A stretch of 64,000 bases of DNA. Origin: Azolla caroliniana (lineage: Eukaryota; Plantae; Polypodiophyta). Shown in pieces: positions 57,402 through 64,000 of the stretch (position 1 is its first letter; the number at the start of each line of letters is the position of its first letter). A model generated the notes under the pieces. That model saw only the letters and a list, made by a program, of their open reading frames with translations, did not search any database and was not told the origin of the DNA. The translations under genes were made by a program, and so were the position numbers. The stretch is from assembly GCA_043228905.1 (NCBI GenBank), contig JBHGNT010000015.1, forward strand, positions 3,782,001 through 3,846,000, in the 5' to 3' direction.

Positions 57402-57789
57402 AACCGTATGAATCCTAAACCTTTAACTTACTATATTTAGCAATCAAGATTCCACATCTCATTCCTAAACCTATAACTTACTATATTTAGCAATCAAGAT
57501 TCCACATCTAGTGTAGAATGTCAAGCACATGGAGAGCACTAAAGATTTCAATTCATGGGCATTGTACGAATCAGATGTAGAGAATGTTGGCCGCAACGAG
57601 GGTACGAAATAGTTTTAGCGCGAGCCAATCTAGCAATGAACATGTGAGTTTGTTGATGTATAAAGAATTTGCTTAAGAGAACCTTAGACAAGTATGGCCA
57701 CAAGTTGCTAAACATCATAAAGACTTGATGACGTAATTGGTTCTTGTTTCATCATTTCTCTTATAGAACTCGAAAATATTTTAACACTT

Positions 57790-57860
57790 GCATTGGTGGT
57801 ATAGTGGTAGAATAGTACCCTGCCACGGTACTGACCCGGGTTCGATTCCCGGCCAATGCA
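57790..57860 (+). tRNA. trnG-GCC: tRNA-Gly(GCC), A-type, 2 substitutions
   Basis: Acceptor, anticodon and T stems intact. Confidence 0.88.
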
Positions 57861-58083
57861 ATTCGTATGAATCCTAAAACGAAACTTACTATATATAGCA
57901 CTCAAATTTCCTCATCTAGCGTGAAAATATTGGCCGCAGTAATGGTACGAAGCAGTTTTCTAGAGAGCCAATCTAACCATGAACATGTGAGTTTGTTAAT
58001 GCATAAAAGACATGATGACGTAATTGCTTCTTGTTTCGTTATTTTTCGTAGAGAAGATGAAAATATTTTAACATGTCATACTT

Positions 58084-58154
58084 GCATCGGTGGTCTAGTG
58101 GTAGGATAGTACGTTGCCATGGTACAAACCCAAGTTCAATTCTCGACCGATGTA
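58084..58154 (+). pseudogene. tRNA-Gly(GCC) variant, C-type
   Basis: Like 57331; B box GTTCAA. Confidence 0.75.
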
Positions 58155-58450
58155 AACCGTATGAATCCTAAACCTTTAACTTACTATATTTAGCAATCAA
58201 GATTCCACATCTAGCGTAGAATGTCAAGCACATGGAGAGCACTAAAGATTTCAATTCATGGGCATTGTACAAATCAGATGTAGAGAATGTTGGCCGCAAC
58301 GAGGGTACGAAATAGTTATATAGCGAGCCAATCTAGCAATGAACATGTGAGTTTGTTGATGTATAAAGAATTTCCTTAAGAGAACCTTAGACAAGTATGG
58401 CCACAAGTTTCATCATTTCTCTTATAGAACACGAAATTTTTTTAACACTT

Positions 58451-58521
58451 GCATTGGTGGTCTAGTGGTAGAATAGTACCCTGCCACGGTACAGACCCGA
58501 GCTCGATTCCCGACCAATGCA
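58451..58521 (+). pseudogene. tRNA-Gly(GCC), A-type with damaged T arm
   Basis: 3 substitutions including T54C. Confidence 0.7.
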
Positions 58522-58744
58522 ATTCGTATGAATCCTAAAACGAAACTTACTATGTCTAGCACTCAAAATTCTACATCTAGCGTGAGAATGTTCGCCGCAG
58601 TAAGGGTACGAAGCAGTTTTCTAGCGAGCCAATCTAACAATGAACATGTGACTTTGTTGATGCGCAAAAGACATGATGACGTAATTGCTTCTTGTTTCGT
58701 TATTTTTCTTAGAGAAGATGGAAATATTTTAACATGCCATACTT

Positions 58745-58815
58745 GCATTGGTGGTCTACTGGTAGAATAGTACCTTGGCACGGTACAAACCCATGTTCGA
58801 TTCTAGGCCAATGTA
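58745..58815 (+). pseudogene. tRNA-Gly pseudogene, B-type
   Basis: Anticodon and T stem mutated. Confidence 0.8.
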
Positions 58816-59159
58816 ATGCGTATGAATCCTAAACCTTTAACTTACTATATACATAGGAAACAATATTCCACATCTAGCGTAGAATGTCAAGCACATGGAG
58901 AGCACTAAAGATTTCAATAGATGGGCATTGTACGAATCAAATGTAAAGAATGTTGGCCGCAACGAGGGTACGAAATAGTTTTATAGTGAGCCAATCTAAC
59001 AATGAACATGTGAGTTTGTTTATGCGAAAAGAATTTCCCTCAGGCAACTTTAGGCAAGTATCGCCACAAGTTAAACATCATAAAGACATGATGATGTAAT
59101 CGGTTCTTGTTTAATTATTTTTCGTAATGAGGATGAAAATATTTTAACATGTCATACTT

Positions 59160-59230
59160 GCATCGGTGGTCTAGTGGTAGGATAGTACGTTGCCGCGGTG
59201 CAAACCCAGCTTCGATTCTCGACCAATGTA
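59160..59230 (+). pseudogene. tRNA-Gly pseudogene, C-type
   Basis: Stems mismatched. Confidence 0.8.
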
Positions 59231-59562
59231 ATCCGTATGAAACGTGAAACTTAATATATTTAGCACTCAAGATTCCATATCTAGCGTCGAATGTCAAGCA
59301 CATGGAGTGCACTAAAGATTTCAATACATGGGCATTGTAAGAATCGGATGTAGAGAATTTTGGCCGCAATGAGGGTAGGAAATAGTTTTAGCACGAGCCA
59401 ATCTAGCAATGAACATGTGAGTTTGTTGATGTATAAAGAATTTCCTTAAGAGAACCTTAGACAAGTATGGCCATAAGTTGCTAAACATCATAAAGACTTG
59501 ATGATGTAATTGGTTCTTGTTTCATCATTACTCTTATAGAACTTGAAAATATTTTAACACTT

Positions 59563-59633
59563 GCATTGGTGGTCTAGTGGTAGAATAGTACCCTGCCACG
59601 GTATAGACCCGGGTTCGATTCCCAGCCAATGCA
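59563..59633 (+). tRNA. trnG-GCC: tRNA-Gly(GCC), A-type, 2 substitutions
   Basis: One G-U in the anticodon stem and one T-stem mismatch. Confidence 0.78.
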
Positions 59634-59856
59634 ATTCGTATGAATCCTAAAATGAAACCTACTATATATAGCACTCAAAATTCCACATCTAGCGTGAGAA
59701 TATTGGCCGCAGTAACGGTACGAAGAAGTTTTCTAGCGAGCCAATGTAACGATGAACATGTGACTTTGTTGATGCGTAAAAGACATGATGACGTAATTGC
59801 TTCTTGTTTCGTTATTTTTGTTAGAGAAGATGGAAATATTTTAACATGCCATAATT

Positions 59857-59927
59857 GCATTGGTGGTCTAGTCGTAGAATAGTACCTTGCCACGGTTCAA
59901 ACCCGTGTTCGATTCTCGGCCAATGTA
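59857..59927 (+). pseudogene. tRNA-Gly(GCC) pseudogene, B-type
   Basis: A box GTCG, T stem mismatched. Confidence 0.78.
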
Positions 59928-60271
59928 ATGCGTATGAATCCTAAACCTTTAATTTACTATATCCATAGCAAACAATATTCCACATTTAGCATAGAATGTC
60001 AAGCACATGGAGAGCACTAAAGATTTCAATAGATAGGCATTGTACGAATCAGATGTAGAGAATGTTAGCCACAAGGAGGGTACGAAATAGTTTTTTAATG
60101 AACCAATCTAACAATGAACATGTGAGTTTGTTGATGCGAAAAGAATTTCCCTCAGACAACTTTAGGCAAGTATCTCCAAAAGTTAAACATCATAAAGACA
60201 TGATGATGTAATCGGTTCTTGTTTAATTATTTTTCTTAGAGAAGATCAAAATATTTTAATTTGTCATACTT

Positions 60272-60342
60272 GCATCTGTGGTCTAGTGGTAGGATAGTAC
60301 GTTGCCACGGTTCAAGCCGAAGTTCGATTCTCGACCAATGTA
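60272..60342 (+). pseudogene. tRNA-Gly(GCC) pseudogene, C-type
   Basis: Acceptor and T stems broken. Confidence 0.8.
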
Positions 60343-60675
60343 ATTCGTATGAAACCTGAAACTTACTATATTTAGCACTCAAGATTCCATATCTAGCGTT
60401 GAATGTCAAGCACATGGCGTGCACTAAAGATTTTCAATACATGGGCATTGTACGAATCAGATGTAGAGAATGTTGGCCGAAACGAGGGTACGAAATAGTT
60501 TTATAGGGAGCCAATCTAGCAATGAACATGTGAGTTTGTTGATGTATAAAGAATTTGCTTAAGAGAACCTTAGACAAGTATGGCCACAAGTTGCTAAACA
60601 TCATAAAGACTTGATGACGTAATTTGTTCTTGTTTAATCATTTCTGTTATAGTACACGAAAATATTTTAACACTT

Positions 60676-60746
60676 GCATTGGTGGTCTAGTGGTAGAATA
60701 GTACCCTGCCACGGTACAAACCCGGGTTCGATTCCCGGCCAATGCA
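60676..60746 (+). tRNA. trnG-GCC: tRNA-Gly(GCC), intact, A-type
   Basis: Single variable-loop change (AGAC to AAAC) relative to 57037. Confidence 0.95.
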
Positions 60747-60969
60747 GTTCGTATGAATCCTAAAATTAAACTTACTATATATAGCACTCAAAATTCCACA
60801 TCTATTGTGAGAACGTTGGCCGCAGTAAGGGTACGAAGCAGTTTTCTAGCTAGCCAATCTAACGATGAACATGTGAGTTTGTTGATGCGTAAAAGACATG
60901 ATGACGTAATTGCTTCTTGTTTCGTTATTTTTCTTAGAGAAGATGGAAATATTTTAATATGCCATACTT

Positions 60970-61040
60970 GCATTGGTGGTCTAGTGGTAGAATAGTACCT
61001 TGCCACGGTACAAACCCGTGTTCGATTCTCGGCCAATGTA
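60970..61040 (+). pseudogene. tRNA-Gly(GCC), B-type, ~5 substitutions
   Basis: T-T mismatch in the T stem, G1-U72. Confidence 0.65.
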
Positions 61041-61382
61041 TTGCGTATGAATCCTAAACCTTTAACTTACTATATACATAGCAAACAATATTCCACATCT
61101 AGTGTAGAATGTCAAGCACATGGAGAGCACTAAAGATTTCAATAGATGGGCATTGTACGAATCAGATGTAGAGAATGTTGGCCGCAACAAGGTACGAAAT
61201 AGTTTTATAGTGAGCCAATGTAACAATGAACAATTGAGTTTGTTGATGCGAAAAGAATTTCCCTCAGACAACTTTAGGCAAGTATCGCCACAAGTTAAAC
61301 ATCATAAGATATGATGATGTAATCGGTTCTTGTTTAATTATTTTTCGTAAAGAAGATGAAAATATTTTAACATGTCATACTT

Positions 61383-61453
61383 GCATCGGTGGTCTAGTCG
61401 TAGGATAGTACGTTACCGCGGTTCAAACCCAGCTTCGATTCTCGACCAATGTA
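61383..61453 (+). pseudogene. tRNA-Gly pseudogene, C-type
   Basis: Anticodon and stems mutated. Confidence 0.8.
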
Positions 61454-61786
61454 ATCCGTATGAAACGTGAAACTTACTATATTTAGCACTCAAGATTCCA
61501 TATCTAGCGTTGAATGTCAAGCACATGGAGTGCACTAAAGATTTTCAATACATGGGCATTGTACGAATCAGATGTAGAGAATGTTGGCCATAACGAGGGT
61601 ACGAAATAGTTTTAGCGCGAGGCAATCTAGCAATGAACATGTTAGTTTGTTGATGTATAAAGAATTTCCTTAAGAGAACCTTACACAAGTATGGCCACAA
61701 GTTGCGAAACATCATAAAGACTTGATGATGTAATTGGTTCTTGTTTCATCATTTCTTTTATAGAACACGAAAATATTTTAACACTT

Positions 61787-61857
61787 GCATTGGTGGTCTA
61801 GTGGTAGAATAGTACCCTGCCACGGTACAAACCCGAGTTCGATTCCCGACCAATGAA
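61787..61857 (+). pseudogene. tRNA-Gly(GCC), A-type, ~4 substitutions
   Basis: T-stem and acceptor-end mismatches. Confidence 0.7.
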
Positions 61858-62080
61858 ATTCATATGAATCCTAAAACGAAACTTACTATATATAGCACTC
61901 AAAATCCCACATCTAGCGTGAGAATGTTGGCCGCAGTAAGGGTACGAGGCAGTTTTCTAGCGAGCCAATCTAACAATGAACATGTGACTTTGTTGATGCG
62001 TAAAAGACATGATGACGTAATTGCTTCTTGTTTCGTTATTTTTCTTAGAGAAGATGGAAATATTTTAACATGCCATACCT

Positions 62081-62151
62081 GCATTGGTGGTCTAGTCGTA
62101 GAATAGTACCTTGCCACTGTACAAACCCGTGTTCGATTCTCGGCCAATGTA
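62081..62151 (+). pseudogene. tRNA-Gly(GCC) pseudogene, B-type
   Basis: D-loop, anticodon-stem and T-stem changes. Confidence 0.78.
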
Positions 62152-62495
62152 TTGCGTATGAATCCTAAACCTTTAACTTACTATATACATAGCAAACAAT
62201 ATTCCACATCTAGCGTAGAATGTCAAGCACATGGAGAGCACTAAAGATTTCAATAGATGGGCATTGTACGAATCAGATGTAGAGAATGTTAGCCGCAACG
62301 AGGGTACGAAATAGTTTTATAATGAACCAATCTAACAATGAACATGTGAGTTTGTTGATGCGAAAAGAATTTCCCTCAGACAACTTTCGGCAAGTATCTC
62401 CAAAAGTTAAACATCATAAAGACGTGATGATGTAATCGGTTCTTGTTTAATTATTTTTCGTAGAGAAGATCAAAATATTTTAACATGTCATACTT

Positions 62496-62566
62496 GCATC
62501 GGTGGTCTAGTCATAGGATAGTATGTTGCCACGGTTCAAACCCAGGTTCGATTCTCGACCAATGTA
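62496..62566 (+). pseudogene. tRNA-Gly(GCC) pseudogene, C-type
   Basis: A box and stems mutated. Confidence 0.8.
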
Positions 62567-62899
62567 ATCCATATGAAACCTGAAACTTACTATATTTAGC
62601 ACTCAATATTCCATATCTAGCGTTGAATGTCAAGCACATGGAGTGCACTAAAGATTTTCAATACATGGGCATTGTACGAATCAGATGTAGAGAATGTTGG
62701 CCGCAACGAGGGTACGAAATAGTTTTAGCGCGAGCCAATCTAGCAATGAACATGTGAGTTTGTTGATGTATAAAGAATTTCCTTAAGAGAACCTTAGACA
62801 AGTATGGCCACAAGTTGTTAAACGTCATAAAGACTTGATGACGTAATTTGTTCTTGTTTCATCATTTCTGTTATAGTACACGAAAATATTTTAACACTT

Positions 62900-62970
62900 G
62901 CATTGGTGGTCTAGTGGTAGAATAGTACCCTGCCACGGTACAGACCCGGGTTCGATTCCCGGCCAATGCA
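62900..62970 (+). tRNA. trnG-GCC: tRNA-Gly(GCC), intact, A-type
   Basis: Identical to 57037-57107. Confidence 0.97.
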
Positions 62971-63193
62971 ATTTGTATGAATCCTAAAACGAAACTTACT
63001 ATATAAAGCACTCAAAGTTCCACATCTAGCGTGAGAATGTTGGCCGCAGTAAGGGTACGAAGCAGTTTTCTAACGAGCCGATCTAACGATGAACATGTGA
63101 CTTTGTTGATGCGTAAAAGACATGATGACGTAATTGCTTCTTGTTTCGTTATTTTTCTTAGAGAAGATGGAAATATTTTAACATGCCATACTT

Positions 63194-63264
63194 GCATTGG
63201 TGGTCTAGTGGTAGAATAGTACATTGCCACGGTACAAACCCGTGTTCGATTCTCGGCCAATGTA
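63194..63264 (+). pseudogene. tRNA-Gly(GCC) pseudogene, B-type
   Basis: Anticodon-stem and T-stem mismatches. Confidence 0.72.
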
Positions 63265-63607
63265 ATGCGCATGAATCTTAACCTTTAACTTACTATATAC
63301 ATAGCAAACAATATTCCACATCTAGCGTAGAATGTCAAGCACATGGAGAGCACTAAAGATTTCAATAGATGGGCATTGTACGAATCAGATGTAGAGAATG
63401 TTAGCCGCAACGAGGGTACGAAATAGTTTTATAGTGAGCCAATCTAACAATGAACATGTGAGTTTTATGATGCGAAAAGAATTTCCCTCAGACAACTTTA
63501 GGCAAGTATCGCCACAAGTTAAACATCATAAAGACATGATGATGTAATCGGTTCTTGTTTAATTATTTTTCGTATAGAAGATTAAAATATTTTAACATGT
63601 CATACTT

Positions 63608-63678
63608 GCATCGGTGGTCTAGTGGTAGGATAGTACGTTGCCATGGTTCAAACCCAAGTTCGATTCTCGACCAATGTA
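63608..63678 (+). pseudogene. tRNA-Gly(GCC) pseudogene, C-type
   Basis: Stems mismatched. Confidence 0.8.
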
Positions 63679-64000
63679 ATCCGTATGAAACTTGAAACTT
63701 ACTATATTTAGCACTCAATATTCCATATCTAGCGTTGAATGTCAAGCACATGGAGTGCACTAAAGATTTTCAATACATGGGCATTGTACGAATCAGATGT
63801 AGAGAATGTTGGCCGCAATGAGGGTACGAAATAGTTTTAGCGCGAGCCAATCTAGCAATGAACATGTGAGTTTGTTGATGTAGAAAGAATTTCCTTAAGA
63901 GAACCTTAGACAAGTATGGCCACAAGTTGTTAAACATCATAAAGACTTGATGACATAATTGGTGCTTGTTTCATCATTTCTATTATAGTACACGAAAATA

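Larger units (their letters stand above)
55978..64000 (+). repeat. tRNA-Gly(GCC) tandem array, right segment, with a ~1112-bp trimeric higher-order repeat; continues beyond the window
   Basis: 22 tRNA copies; A/B/C monomer starts spaced ~294/415/403 bp from 58451 onward. Confidence 0.97.

Noticed and set aside
30661-61453. Altered anticodons in some copies (e.g. GCT at 31081, GTC at 32854, TCC at 56220, GGC at 58745, ACC at 61383) as recoding tRNAs
   Set aside because: Each occurs once, in a copy with broken stems, consistent with random decay
55978-64000. Repeated ~80-aa ORFs (MNPKTKLTIYSTQ...) and their antisense ORFs
   Set aside because: By-products of the tandem repeat; they overlap tRNA copies, have variable stops and show no protein motif
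29610-64000. CRISPR-like appearance of the regular repeats
   Set aside because: The spacers are themselves repeated, the context is eukaryotic and there are no cas genes

Overview
Plant nuclear DNA, probably from a non-seed plant such as a fern (inferred from the Tcn1-like chromovirus and the tRNA-Gly variant). The left half holds two intron-containing genes on the minus strand: an RH3-like DEAD-box helicase (424-4007) and a 15-exon TAF4 (18080-27819). Between them lies a nearly intact Ty1/copia element with unusual TG..TA termini. From ~29610 to the window end runs a tandem array whose monomer carries a tRNA-Gly(GCC) gene (30 full-length copies). The array is split by a 22.5-kb, four-level nest of LTR retrotransposons: three related copia elements, one self-priming chromovirus and one solo LTR. 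Right of the nest the array forms a ~1112-bp trimeric higher-order repeat in which only one monomer type keeps an intact tRNA and an upstream TATA. Two unrelated LTR families in the nest each carry an antisense tRNA-like Pol III A-box/B-box cassette in U3. All alignments and counts were done by eye.
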